Source: Octopus vulgaris
Lineage: Eukaryota
NCBI GenBank assembly: GCA_951406725.2
Contig: OX597817.1
Coordinates: forward strand, 148,366,001-148,430,000
Direction of reading: 5' to 3'
DNA: 64,000 nucleotides
Positions 37,015 to 50,829 of this stretch are shown in pieces. Position 1 is the first letter of the stretch; each line of letters begins with the position of its first letter. Made by a program: the position numbers and the translations under genes. A model generated the notes under the pieces. It was given only the letters and a program-made list of their open reading frames with translations. It was not told the DNA's origin and did not search any database.

Positions 37015-38105
37015 CAGGGTTCGTAAAATATTTGAGAACAGATTTATGTTTATAGTATTATAGTAAAAAAGCAGATATTAAATAACAGATAACTTTATTT
37101 ATCAAAAAATGCTATTAGGATAAAAGTAAACGTTCTTTTCTATAATGTTATTCAATAAAGCCACGTTCAGCTTCAACAACTACTTCTATATGTGAACTAA
37201 ATCATTTACATGCTCGAATCAAGTGGTTCTGGTTCATTTTGGGCATCATTCGGACTATGGCAGCTTTCAAAGAACCTTTGGTGTTATGGGCGTTTTTATT
37301 GACCTCTCTCTCTCCCAACAACGCTCCACATATAATAATCCAGTGGTTTGAGATCTGGGGAGTAATGAGGCCAAATGTTAGAGGTTATGTGAACATAAAA
37401 AGTTTCAGCCAACCATTCCTGTGTTACTAGAGCCATGTGTGATAGTGCCGAGTCTTACTGAAACACTTGGGCTTCCATTGCAGACACTATCTATCCAGGG
37501 CTTAATAATTGTCTCCAGAACGTCAATGTATGTGGCAGATTTAATTCCAAGGCCTTGTGGTAAGAAGTAAGGAAGTATCACATGTCTTTCATTGACGACA
37601 ACCCATAAAACCATGACAGTTACAGGAAATATTGCATGCATAACACTTGGAACTTCAAAAGAATCTGCGCATAACCATCTGTCATCTCTTCTGTTAAATG
37701 TTTGATCTTATTTGAAGGCTTTCTTGTTTGCGAAAAGAAAATCAATTCTTCTGCTGGATTTTTCAGTTTCTTCAAGATCCTTTTAGATCTGATGTAGTGA
37801 TTTTCTTGTGCCTTTTCCGACAAATTAACCTTTCCTCAGCATATAAAATTTATATCTGATGTCTTCGTGAACAATATTTCTGACTGTTCCTTCTGACACA
37901 GGGAGATCATTTGCAATTGGCCTTATGAATTTTCTAGGAGAGTAATCAATGGTCTGTTGAACATGATGATTAAATTCAAGTGTTCTGATGATTTCAGAGC
38001 GTTTACAATGCTCTGATGCTGGTGATACATGTTCATCTTCAGTCTCTAACTCCTTAAAAACTTTGTAGACGAAAGATCTGGCAATTTAAAAAAATCGAGA
38101 TATTT
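37015..38105 (-). mobile_element. maT-type (DD37D) transposase fossil
   Basis: Minus strand FQ*DSALSH...WPHYSPDLKPLDYYMW with 37 residues between the catalytic Asps; FPVTVMVL..V, YIDVLETIIKPWI. Confidence 0.88.
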
Positions 38106-38118
38106 CTATCCATCTATC

Positions 38119-38174
<56 letters not shown>

Positions 38175-38270
38175 GTTAATCCAAACAAGAAAACACAAAA
38201 AACACAGCATCGCGAGGACGTGGAACAAACAAAGGATTATTGGACGCTCATGAAAGAAGGGAAGAAGGAG

Positions 38271-38307
38271 TGTTTAACGTTTCGAGCGGAGCTCTTCGTC
38301 GGAAACA
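38271..38307 (-). ncRNA. Minimal hammerhead variant in a Penelope-type pseudo-LTR (~38172-38400)
   Basis: Minus strand: TGTTT CCGACGA A GAGC TCC GCTC GAAA CG TT AAACA; perfect stems I and II, U4 is C, extra A after A9. Confidence 0.65.
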
Positions 38308-41300
38308 AAGGAGAAGGAAAGATCCCGAGAATGGAAGACAGAGAAAAAAAATTGCTGGCGGTGCTCACGAGGTCACATGTTGAAAGAACGGAAGTTGAAA
38401 GGTAGACGAATCAAGTTTTTTAGAGACAGGAGAGTTTCAAGACAGTATCGTAAGGACAAGGAATGTGTGTGGGTATGTGCGTGCGTGAAGGTCTGCGGGT
38501 GCGCGTGTATATATATAAATATATATATATATATATAAATACATACATACATTTATAGATTTGTGTGTGTGTACGTGTGAGTATGTGTCTGTGTATATAA
38601 TATTAATAAGTAATACAATATTATGTTCTCATAGCAACCACTTTACCGTTCAGTAAAAGACAAAATAGAAAGAAAGAAGTTACGTTTGCCTGGATGAGAT
38701 CAACGAAAGCTCAAGCAGTGTTCACAGTATAATACGTATAAATGATAGACAGAAGGATCTGCATATTTGTGGACCAGAGTTTTGTGTGGGTGAACCGACT
38801 TCGCTGCAGGTATTTGGTTATTTTAGAGGTTGAGCATACATCATCTTCCTGCGTAGTAGAAAAACAGCATCAGCTGTAGGAACGGTGTCTCATTCTGAGT
38901 TTCTGTTCAGCTACACGAAAGGTTAGTAATTGTTTGGGGCTGTAATATATATCGCCCCCGAACAATACGGTTAGTCCTTTTAATATAATCATCGTTTGAA
39001 TCATTATTGCGTCTTGGTATGTTTTATGTTTCTGTTTAACTTTGGTATTTCATTGATATTTTATCCGGATGAATATCGTACACATTTGTTCCATTTGACA
39101 TTGCCAGTTTATGATTAATTCATGAATATCAGAAACATTAACCTCAGTGTCTATATCTGCTATGTACATTTATGATATCGTTTTAGAGCTAATACTCATG
39201 TTTTTGTGGAGCTTCATACTTAAGTAATTTGAAAGATTTCATATTTGAAACATAAACACTGAAGCAAATTATGTAATGCCTAGATTGATATCTTAACAAT
39301 ATACTTGGCTGAACACACCATTTAAAATGTCCCTCCAAGAAATATAGTTAAATGGACGCTTTTATGATTAAGCAAAACTTTATATCAATTTTTAGCTATA
39401 GAAATCAAATTTCTTGATGTTCTGTATCCTTATATATAAGGATTACATGAAGCATTTTTACTTACATATTCCAACATAATTCATTCAATCATTTTCTTTC
39501 CTGTTGTATTTTATTAAAATATATGCAATGTAATTGCTCTTGAAACGAAAAACAATCCTTTAAAATTCTCCTGCATTTAGATTACCAGCAAAATGTCAGA
39601 CAAACACAAGCTTTTACAAAATGACATTCATATTATATATTTACATCTGCGATATTACTAAACATTCTCAAAGTAATTAATGGAATATCCGATAACATTC
39701 TAAAATAACAGTAATGGGCAGCGGGAGAATAACATTGTAATTTTCCATTGGGTACTTATTACATATGTATTATTACCCATCGAAAGCGGATCTAGAAATA
39801 AAAACCAAATTTCCTTTGACGTGCACGCTATCAATTTAAAAACAGAGCAACACATTTGATAACATGCATTGGAATCTGATTGAAAGACATACAGTATGAC
39901 AGTTTTTTTTCAAATTTAAGCATTTTGGAAATGCTTCATTTTCAAAATTTAGCATTTGAGCTTAATTTTGCAATAATAATTATGAATTTAAAGACAGAAT
40001 ATTTGAAAGATAAAATTAATAATCATTTAGCAACGGCAAAATCAAAGGAAAACAAAAAAATGCAAAGGTTGGAAATCGAATGGAAAAGGACACAAAAATC
40101 AATGTAACGAACTTAAAACAGTATATACAAGAGTCATGTAGTTGTAGGTATATAGGAGGTAATATATTTTAGTTGATTAAATTTACTGTATTTGTAAAAT
40201 ATAGGAAAGCTAGCTAGAAATTTCATAAGTGCTGTAATTAAATTAAATTCAATGAGAAATTAATCTGTTGTTATTCTGTATGGTGACAACTCTGGACTTG
40301 TCCCCATAGTATTGGACCTCCTCAACAAAGCATATACAACATCATGCAGTATATACATTAATTATAGATGATTTTTGGCTTTATTAATTTTATGAATTGA
40401 GTGGGAAAACGAAATTAAGAACGGAAAAAGCATTTGAAATTAATCAGATCATAAAATAAACGGTCTCAAAAGAGAAATTTAGAGGAAAGGGAAATATACT
40501 GTATTACATGCTTCCCAACAAAAAAGAAGTGCGGCACTAGTAAACCAAAGCCACTTGAACCAGGTGATCCTGGAGAAATCACACTGTATCCATCACTGAA
40601 AAGCAAAATGGCCGTGATTCAAAATGACATCACCTTAAAATCACATAACGAATAATGTGCAAATATGAAATATATCAATGAAGCATGAACAGCAATGACT
40701 GTAGCAAGCACTTTACAAGAGATCGTCATGGTCAGGAATCTTTAAATTTAGCAAGTACAACACGTGAACAGTTGAGAGAGGTTTTATTAATTGAAGAATA
40801 CCCCACATGCTACATGATTCGAATAACTGAAAGAATTCAGTAATTGACAAAGGAAAAACACTACTTGAAATATTAAGGATAAATAGCGCCCACACAAAAA
40901 TGTTTGTTAGTTTAGTGTGCGAATTGCAAATAATTTTTGAATGGCCCATTGAACGGAAAATTAGCTTAATCTTAAAGATTAGTGAAACTACAAACTGGTA
41001 GCATGTATATATCTCCCAAATTCTCAACACAATAATACCCCAGATAACTAGGAAGTGAAGTGTTTTGATAAAGAAATAAATCAATAAAATCACATCGAAA
41101 AACACATCTTGCATTAGAGACGTGTATATAGGCAGGTTTTAATAACACACATTGTGTCTCCAAGCCATCTTAAGGGTTTAAGCAAATGGAGTATTTAATT
41201 CACAAACCAACGTCCTGATTAGTAAATTAAATAAGCCATGTGCTCACAGCGCTACTATTGCTTGGAGAGACAATGCTAACATCTGTGCAAGACACTAATA

Positions 41301-41499
41301 GTACTTTGCTATCTTTTGTTTTCAATCGAAACAAAATGTGGCATTTGATTATACTATCCATTTGCTACAAAATGGTTTTGGTGGAGTTTTCATACGTAGT
41401 ATCTTAAAATAGTAACCATGAATAAAATGTCAACAATGCTAATAAGGTAGGGACACATAACTCACCTCATGAATAGACACTTTGGAGTGGCAAATGATA

Positions 41500-42100
41500 A
41501 GGAGAATTCTAAAAGTAAATCCTTTGCCTATATCCATTAAAAAGCAAATAATCCATAGTGAATTCACGACTATTGTAGTATCAGATCTTCACTTTACACG
41601 GGAAGAATGGGACTTTTGGAGCGGTACAATAACATTCTGCTCACGAATAGTTTAACTTCCGAAGTCAAAGTTTGGTTGCAGCCCTTCTAGGACCTTCCGT
41701 ATGCGTACCATTGCATATTTCTCTTTTCTTCGTTCCAGGGTCTAGAAACATATTTCTTTCAGTTTTTCCATGTTCGTTACCTATTTTCTCAATACAATCT
41801 CTTTGTAGTAACACTTCCCAACTGCCCCAAGATCCTCTTTTAAATTAACTGCGGCATGATTATATTTGAAAGGAGTATTCCAGACGAATGACGGCAAATA
41901 TTTCCTCGTCCCTTGTTGCGTACGTTCTACGAATCCATCTGACCATTCTACTGTGCACTGCCACCATGTTGGTGATATCTGTATGAAACAAAGCATCAAG
42001 GATACAAAAGTAGCCCAAACATTAAAAGAAAAACTGAATACATCCTTCATTTCGATGACGGTAGTCTTGGCGTCTTCTCCAAAACAAATTTCAAGTCACT
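41500..42100 (-). mobile_element. Old CR1-clade LINE fragment
   Basis: Minus strand DITNMVAVHSRMVRWIRRT..RLEYSFQI and EKLKEICF*TLERRKEKYAMVRIRKVLEGLQPNF, homologous to 17063-17580. Confidence 0.75.
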
Positions 42101-42840
42101 AAGCATACCAAGAAATTAATATTCTGTACAAAATACAATTATAACTGTAAGGCATCACTACAAATGGTAATTCACCTATAGTTGGGGATCTTTTTTGACA
42201 ATCGCATATTCCTAATATATTAAGAACTACACTTGAATGATTGATATAACACCTAAAAACCGGAACTAGTCCTACAAGAACTGATAGTCATATCTTCTTT
42301 AGAATCACTCTTACTCGTATTCCGTAAAACGTACTTAGTTTGTTTTATCCCATTTAATTACATATTGATAATTGACTAATTGTGGCAATCACTTCAATTT
42401 ATATAAAAGTTTAACATATAGTCTGTATTAATTATTGGTTAATTGCATATTTTCAATATATTTAGTGTAAACATTGATGAAATCTCGAGATCTCGCTTTT
42501 GATTTCACACGACAGAAAAGTCATTCTTGGAGCTTCCGTTTTTATAATCAGCTCAAATGATTGCTTCCAATTTAATGATGTCAAAAGTGTCGACTATATT
42601 GAAGCTGCTATTAACATTTCAATGAAACAGATCTATCGAAATTCAAAATCCGGTTTTTGTTTTTTATCTAATTTTTCATAATTTTTTAAAAGTCTTCAAT
42701 AAATCAATCATTATTCAAAATAAAATTTGTGTAAAAATACTTTTGAATCTGGTTGTGAATAAAGTTTATTGTTTTTTAATACTGTGAATAACTATTGTGA
42801 TTGGCTCTGTTGTATGTTTGTTAAAATAAATACCCCAGGT

Positions 42841-42862
42841 AATTATTATTATTATTATTATA

Positions 42863-42934
<72 letters not shown>

Positions 42935-42947
42935 GTTATTATTATTA

Positions 42948-43015
<68 letters not shown>
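42841..43015. repeat. (ATT)n microsatellite
   Basis: Direct reading. Confidence 0.97.
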
Positions 43016-44061
43016 GGATAATTCAAATGTGTGAAAACAATTGTGGGAACGTACGAATCTGCTTAAGAATATAACCACAGAGGCTATACATTTAAACGGA
43101 ATGCAGTGTAATTAATGTCAAAGAAAATTACATTATATGGGCCAAACTAAAAACTGTAATAAAATTGATAAGTTAATTACATGTTAACCAACAAAGGCTA
43201 ATTTTGAAAACAGTTCTAAAAACATTAAGTAGCATAGGTGCTACTTAATATAATAATTTTGTGAGACAAAATTTGAATTAAATCAAAATTGACGGATTAC
43301 ACGTAAGATGATGTCTTCAATAATATTACAGAATTTAATACTAGGGTGTTGCCTCTTTTAAACAAAGTCATGATTCTAATAGGTTTTATACTGTAGCTCT
43401 AAGTTAACAAAATGCTGTGCAATTAGCATTCTTCAAATCTTGTTACTGATTAGATATTACCGCCTCTATAACTGGATGTAACCCTTATTAGCGATTGAAA
43501 ACAATTTAACATGGTTGCAGTACTTTCTGTCACAAAGGGAAAAAATAACTCTAATGTTACCCAGATTTTAGTATCTGTGCTATTCGACAGGAAATCTGTT
43601 ACGAAACAAATTTAAATTATAATATCTATCATACATTTAAGGACTGACATGTGATAGTGAGGTGTTATTTGATTAAATCGACTTGAACTATAAATTTGAA
43701 AACTGAGTCATCGGAGTAGAATTACAACTAGGTGAATTTTCCAAGAGGTTTAACTGCACAAATCTCCGATGTCCAAGGGGCTACAAAGTGTCAGAAGAAG
43801 TGTGACCAGTAGTCATGACTTGGATGTAGCTCGGCCCTCTTTGTGTGTAAAATGTTAAAGGCAAAAACATTTGCCTTATCGGAGATCTTCTGAAGATCTG
43901 CTGTTCAGCTCTCTTTAGAGTTTCTTATCACTGACTGAAACATATCTCTATTGGCACCGTAACGAAGAAAGACACAGTTGACCTTGGATGTATTTGAACT
44001 TAGATCGTAAAGAGAAATAATTAAATATCACATAGAACTCTACCAACTGCTCTAACGTTTC

Positions 44062-44469
44062 TTATTTCAAGGGGCTAAACATAGAAGGGACAAACAAGGA
44101 GAGACGAACGGATTAAGTCGATTATATCGACCCCAGTGCGTAACTGGTACTAATTTAATTGACCCCAAAAGGATAAAAGGCAAAATCGATCTCGGCGGAA
44201 TTTGACTCAGAACGTAGCAGCAGACGAAATACCTATTTCTTTATTACCCACAAGGGGCTAAACACAGAGGCGACAAACAAGGACAGAGAGACGGATTAAG
44301 TCGATTATATCGATCCCAGTGCGTAACTGGTACTTAATTTATCGACCCTAGAAGGATGAAAGGCAAAGTCGACCTCGGCAGGTTTTGAACTCAGAACGTA
44401 GCGGCAGACGAAATACCGCTAAGCACTCCGCACGGCGTGCTAACGTTTCTGCCAGCTCGCCGCTTTAAG
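44062..44469 (-). mobile_element. Tandem ~1.7-mer of SINE family B nested in an older family B copy (~43965-44495)
   Basis: 15-bp TSD CTGCTCTAACGTTTC at 44047-44061 and 44470-44484; full monomer 44233-44466 plus a head-less copy. Confidence 0.9.
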
Positions 44470-45111
44470 CTGCTCTAACGTTTCCGTAAATCTACAAACA
44501 TTAATCATGTCAAATACCTCAGTAAACTGTAGATATATTTAAAAGTTTTTTTTCATTCATCCTAAAATACTGCCACCGGTGTATTTTATTCTTAATTACC
44601 AGACGCTATTTTAATTTAAACAAAACAACTATTGATATAAATGAGAAAATATGGTCAAAGTGACGAACTGACAGAACATGCGGCATACATTTAAAAAGCA
44701 AAACGATTTACTTGGCTAAAACCTTTTTAAGTCGGTGTCCGAGAATACCCGCGGTCGAATAACTAAAAAAAAAGTAAAAACTATGAAAAGAAATACATAT
44801 CAGGGGAATAAATATTGCATAAAGAGTCAGATACGAGTGTTGCCGACTATCGGATTGTTTCAACCATATACGAACGAAAACACCAAATCATCAATATTTA
44901 ATGTAAAAGATTCCAGTCCTGAGTATGTCTGAATAACATAAAAACTGTAATAAAAAGTTAAAGGTAAATAAGCTCCAGCCAAGTGTTTTCCTTCAGATCC
45001 ACAACATGAAAAGATATTTACATTGTGCTAGTATGACTTAGACGGCTATAACACACAGCAATTAGACATGCACGCACGCACACACATATTTTTTTTAATA
45101 TTTCACCATTT

Positions 45112-45475
45112 AATCATTTCAGCCAATAGTCCGTGAACATGCTGGAGTACCGTTTTAAAAGGTTTAGTCGAACAAATCGATCCCAGGATTTATTTTTTAA
45201 AGCCCTGTAAAAATTCTATAGGTCTCTGTTGCCGAACGGGTAGGTTACCGTGGGGATAAGCACAGACACAAAGACACACACGCACACATAGATATATACA
45301 CGTATATATACGACGGGCTTTTTTTTTTCAGTTTCCGTCTAGCAAATCCACTCACGGCGCTTAGGTTGGCCTGAGGCTATAGTAGCAGACACTTGATAAG
45401 GTAACACGCAGTGGGATTGAACCCCGGAACATGTAGTTTGAGAGAGTTATTTTCCACACAGTCACGCCTGCGCCT
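45112..45475 (-). mobile_element. SINE family A
   Basis: Head AGGCGCAGGCGTGACTGTGTGG, B box GGTTCAATCCC, body and tail. Confidence 0.85.
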
Positions 45476-45495
45476 ACATTCGAGACACCATTCGA

Positions 45496-45672
45496 GACCA
45501 TGGGATTGCACCTACCCTCCGAGGCACAAGTCCGGACAAGGTTGTTTATGGAAGACCAGCGGTCGCCCATGCATACCGGCCTCCCCTCTCTATCCCACCA
45601 GTGTTATCCAAGGGCAACCTCATGATCGTAAGCTCGACGCTCTAACCATTGAGCCATCCGAGGCGCCTTCAC
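45496..45672 (-). mobile_element. Internally deleted tRNA-derived SINE family E
   Basis: Head GTGAAGGCGC..TGGCTCAATGGTTAGAGCG joined to a 3' body; a related 3' fragment lies at 46036-46097. Confidence 0.75.
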
Positions 45673-45694
45673 TACGCTTACATACATAATACAT

Positions 45695-45738
<44 letters not shown>

Positions 45739-45746
<8 letters not shown>

Positions 45747-45855
45747 ATCACGTGACCGACCAGACCATCAGATGTTGTTACACATCGCTGGTCACAATGC
45801 ATTCGCATTGTTTTAGCCTTCCAATGACGCCACCCCGCTGGCTAAGCGAGCAGGC

Positions 45856-45860
<5 letters not shown>
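45739..45860 (-). mobile_element. ~120-nt retroelement 3'-end-like insert inside (TA)n, possibly Dong/R4
   Basis: GC-balanced island with (TA)n on both sides, ending GGTCACGTGATCACGTGAT; family assignment from recall only. Confidence 0.4.
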
Positions 45861-45886
<26 letters not shown>

Positions 45887-45923
45887 CTACACACACACAG
45901 AAACACACGAACCCACACACGCA

Positions 45924-45967
<44 letters not shown>

Positions 45968-46469
45968 TGTACATACACACACACATACACACACACACAT
46001 ATATATATATATACATATAGGATATGGGCAATGGCATCTTCGGTCATGAATGACCATGGATAATTCCCCTGCGAGGCAGAACTCTGAGCAGGGTTGCATT
46101 GTGCAGGTTCCAAGTAAGGTGAATACTAAGGAAATAACAGTAGATGGAAATTGGATCATTCACTACAGCTTTCTCTGACAAAATCTTTTTGTTGATGAAT
46201 AAAGTTATTACATCATGCAGGAAAAGAAAAACGTTCTCTTCAGTTGAATAGACATGCATTCAACATCTTAGAAATATATTTCAAAGAAACAGCATTATGT
46301 TAAACTTCATGATTTCTGGCTAGATTCAGGTAAAGAATGTTAAAAATTCTAAAAAGGTCTAAAAGAAATCCGAAACAGCTGTAGTGAATGAGCCAATTTC
46401 CATCTGTTGGTATATGTGTGTATATATCTATTTGTATGGTAAACGACTTGATGTAGTTGATCAGTTTGT

Positions 46470-47060
46470 CTATTGACAAGCACTGTTAATAGATTTAGCA
46501 ATTTGGATAAGGAAATTCCATACAGAATTAGGAAAGCAAGTGATGCTTTCGGAAGGCTAGAAAAGCGCCTCTGCTGTCGGCGAGACATATGCAGGAAGAC
46601 AAAGATAAAGCTGTTCAAGGCATGTGTGCTCTCTTCTCCTCTTTATGCCTCTTTATGGGTCACATATCGATACCACCTTAAACAACTGGAACGATTCCAT
46701 CAGATGTGTCTCAGGCGGATCTTCGGCATTAAGTGGGAGGACCGCATCAGTGATCTTGAAATATTGGAAAGCTCTCGGTGTGAAAGTATAGAAGCGTTTG
46801 TGTTAAAGCATAGGCTCAGATGAAGTGGTTATCTGGTCAGGATGAAGGATTCAAGGATACAATGGAGAACGACTTCCACATAAACAAAAAAAAGAGGTAT
46901 AAGGACTTGCTGAAGGCTTCCTTAACAGATGCTTGCATCTCTCCTGACACATGGGAAGGCAAAGCTATTGACCATAGCAGGTGGAGAATGATTGTGCACG
47001 AGGTGACAGCTCGAGAAATCTCGAGTTCCGTATGAGAAAATAAGGAGGGATGTCAGGAAG
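46470..47060 (+). mobile_element. RTE-clade LINE 3' fragment, second family
   Basis: LDKEIPYRIRKASDAFGRL..TKIKLFKACVLS..LERFHQMCLRRIFGIKWEDRI..KRYKDLLKASL. Confidence 0.9.
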
Positions 47061-47325
47061 TGTATCGATTTTGAACTTATATATGGTAGGGTCTTATTAT
47101 GATGCTGACATACAGTGTCAGTGCAAGACCCTGCCTCAGTAAAGCTAGACAGATGATAGACAACCAGGCCACTGGTGGTGGTGTTACACATCATACTAAT
47201 CATATCTGTCAGGTATGTTGAAGGGAGTGTAATTCGGCGGGAGGATTTAAACATGCAAATGTACATGAAACGCAGCTACAACTACATCCGGCCTTTGCCG
47301 GTAAACATTTTAGCTGCCAATTCTG

Positions 47326-47700
47326 TACGACGAGCTTCTTTCAGTTTCCGTCTACCAAATCCACTCACACGGTTTGGTCGGCCCGAGGCTATTGTAGCAG
47401 ACAATTGCCCAAGGTGCCACGCACTCAGACTGAACCCGGAACCATGTTGTTCCTAAGCAAGCTTCTTAACACACACCCACTCCTACGCCAATATATATAT
47501 ATATATATATATATTACTCTTTTACTCTTTTACGTGTTTCTGTCATGTGGCTGTGGCCATGCTGAAGCTCCGCGTTTAGTCGAGCAAATCAACCCCAGAC
47601 TTCTTCTTTGTAAGCATAGTACTTATTCTATCGGTCTCTTTTGTCGAACCGATAAGTTTCGGGCACGTAAACACATCAGCATCGGTTGTTAAAATAGATG
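47326..47700 (-). mobile_element. Two SINE family A fragments (5' half 47326-47488; 3' half 47515-47700)
   Basis: Match to the full copies. Confidence 0.8.
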
Positions 47701-47844
47701 AGAGAAGCACAGAAGGTTCGGCTTGCTAGTTTTCATCGGACATTGGAATGTGTGTGCCTGTGTGTGTAAAAGTGTGGATGTGTGTTTGTCTGTGTGCGTG
47801 CACATTTCTGTGTGTATGTGCTTGTATGTGCATTTGTGTGTATA

Positions 47845-47880
<36 letters not shown>

Positions 47881-48007
47881 TGTATGTATGTATGTATGTG
47901 GGTGTGTGTGTGCGATTTTGTGTGTATGCTTATCTTTTGGCGATGCAATGCGTGATGTCATTCTATTCTGAATCATTTCAGAAATATTATTTTCTATAAG
48001 CTGATGC

Positions 48008-48009
<2 letters not shown>

Positions 48010-48089
<80 letters not shown>

Positions 48090-48128
48090 TATATTATATT
48101 ATATTATATTATATTATATTGTATTATA
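48010..48128. repeat. (TA)n grading into (TATAT)n
   Basis: Direct reading. Confidence 0.95.
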
Positions 48129-48864
48129 TAAAATATACCTGACAACAATATTTCCAGCTATTTGAACCTATAAGAGCATATTTCCATTATCAACCCAGGC
48201 TTTCACGTTTTCTGCTGTTGCAAACCATGTTTAAATGCTGGTAATTGTTTCTACCATCTGAAGAAATGAAGTCGGGCGCTGCTAAGGAATTCCACCATAA
48301 ATGCATGATTAAAATGAAAATGGAATTAATACTGTAAATCAATTGGTAAAATCATTTGAAGAAGGTAATAAAATAAATTTATATTCAAAAGCCAAACCTT
48401 CTTTCGTAAGAATAAAATAAAATGAAATGCTGAAAATTTCTGCTTTGTTATCTTTATCTTGTATTCTTATGAAAATTTCCATCACGATTCACTTTCATGA
48501 ATTTTATATATCTAATTGAGTAAATTTATATGAAAATAATTCAAAAGAAATTTATGCGAATTGTGTTTTGTTACTCAGTTTAAAGTACATACTTTCAAAC
48601 ACAGGTTTCAAGAATTACTTTCTGTTGTGTTACATTTTGGCATCGCGGCCGTGTATATAGATCACAGCATACTTATTTCGTGGTTCGTGGGTGAACGGAA
48701 TGCAAATACGACTCGTGATTTGAACGGTTACGAAACTAAAAAATGCTTATATTTACTATGGCATTAATAGGGCATAAATCATCAGTGATTCTACATAACA
48801 AATAACCAAAAGATTCTAAGTTGAATGTAATATAATAGTGTCTTGAGTAAACTTTTGCATATAT

Positions 48865-49035
48865 CAGTCATTGAAATGCGGTCATGAACGGCGAACAAAT
48901 AGCCGCCAGTAGTGGTTTTTTTCGTTTTAAACCTGGTACTTATTCTATCGGCCACTTTTGTTGAACCGCTAAGATACCTGTGGATGAGGGTAAGCACGAA
49001 AACAACGGTTATCAAGCGGTGGTGGGGAATAAATA
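48865..49035 (-). mobile_element. SINE family A, 3' half
   Basis: GGTACTTATTCTATCGG, GAACCGCTAAG, CGGTTATCAAGCGGTGGTGGGG. Confidence 0.75.
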
Positions 49036-50224
49036 GATAACACATATATATATATATATATATTGTTATGTTGTGTAAAAATTAAATTTAAGATTATGAA
49101 AAATGATATCATAACCAAAATAGGTAAAATATGTGTATATATCAATTATCAACATTAAAAAAGAAAAATTACATAGTATCAGTTTAATATTCATTTACTG
49201 TAATTAATATTTACTTATTAGGTGGTTTCTATAAAGACTGCCCAGGGCATTTACTTATGGTATACTGGAAAAATAAACATGCTCTCTATATATTAATTAT
49301 AAGCCAAGAATCAGAAAAAAATAAAGATGTGTACAGATACACACACATATTTATATATGTACACACATGAATGCATACACAAATATCTATACGCTTATAT
49401 GGATATAGTATAACCATCTCCCATAGGCTTAAGGAGCGGGAAAATATCGATTTACGAACAAGTAAAATAACAATTTATTAGGGATAAGAGGTTAATAGGT
49501 TATGCACATATATGCATATATACACATACACAAATATTTATACGTTTATATGGATATAGTATAACCATCTCGTATAGACCTAAGTATCTGAAAAATCTCT
49601 ATTTAAAAACAGTAACAACTTATATGGGATAATAAGTTAATAGGTAAGGATATCAAAGTAAGAAAACAAAATAATAAAAAATTATAGAAAATAATATGAA
49701 ATACGTATAATCTACATTTAAAGAGACAAGGTATTAAAACTTCAGGTAGGCAAGATATAAAGGTAACCGAAAAAGAGGAGGTAGGAGGCCTGGGTGTAGT
49801 GTGGGCAGTTAGAGGTATTTCGACCGGAGAGATTTTATAAGTTGTAATGTTACAGGTGCTGTTATGTATATGATTTTACAGTTTCTAGGGGGTATATAAT
49901 TAGGAGACTTACTTACATAAAAGCCATTACAAATATACATAACATGATCATTAGTGTAGAAAATCATAGAAAGGAACAAATAGTTTAATCATCAAAATAT
50001 GATGAAGTCATACTAATTAGGCAGAAGTTATCATAGCACACCACATAACATATAGCTTATAACATATGCATGGCAATTTAATTCACTATATAACATAATA
50101 TTTCATGATTTTATTATATTGAATACTAGTGGGTAATTTTACAACAGATACGACACCAAAATTTATTTCCATCATCAAAGTTCACGTATGGCACCTATAA
50201 TCGCTAATTTTGAAAATACTTAAA

Positions 50225-50468
50225 TGTAAGGGTGACGTTATGCATACATGATAACCTTAGGTCTAATCTATTATTAATTAGGTTGTTCTCGTCCCTATAC
50301 GAAAAACTCTTATAAGTTTCCATAGAGCATTTCTCACACCCGTATCGACTATAAGGCTGCTCTTTCCGTATTTCGTATTATTTCCCATTTAAGCCTAGAT
50401 TCGATCCTGCTTTCATTCAGTTCCCAAATCTTGCTAGATAAGGACATACAATTGACTTTGTGCTTGAG

Positions 50469-50470
<2 letters not shown>
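50225..50470 (-). mobile_element. Penelope-like GIY-YIG endonuclease C-terminal remnant
   Basis: LSSKIWELNESRIESRLKWEII...NLINNRLDLRLSCMH resembles the LSKYIWELK..IKWEI..LLNKRSEL..CRH pattern. Confidence 0.6.
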
Positions 50471-50518
<48 letters not shown>

Positions 50519-50519
50519 G

Positions 50520-50786
50520 TACTCCGTCGGTTACGACGACTAGGGTTCCAGTTGATCTCATCAACGGAACAACCTGCTCGTGAAATTAACGTGCAAGTGG
50601 CTGAGTACTCCACAGACACGTGCAGCCTTAATGTAGTTCTCAGAGACATTGAACCTGACACAGGGTGTGAAAAGGCTGGCCCTTCTGAAATACAGGTACC
50701 ACTCGTTCTTGCCAGCTGAGTGGACTGGAGCAACATCAAATAAGGTGTCTGTCTTAAGGACACAACGCATCGCCGGGAATTGAACC
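50520..50786 (-). mobile_element. SINE family C, 5'-truncated
   Basis: Colinear with 5683-5950. Confidence 0.9.
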
Positions 50787-50829
50787 TATGTCCTGGGGTC
50801 GATTTGCTCGTCCGAAACAAGATATCGAT

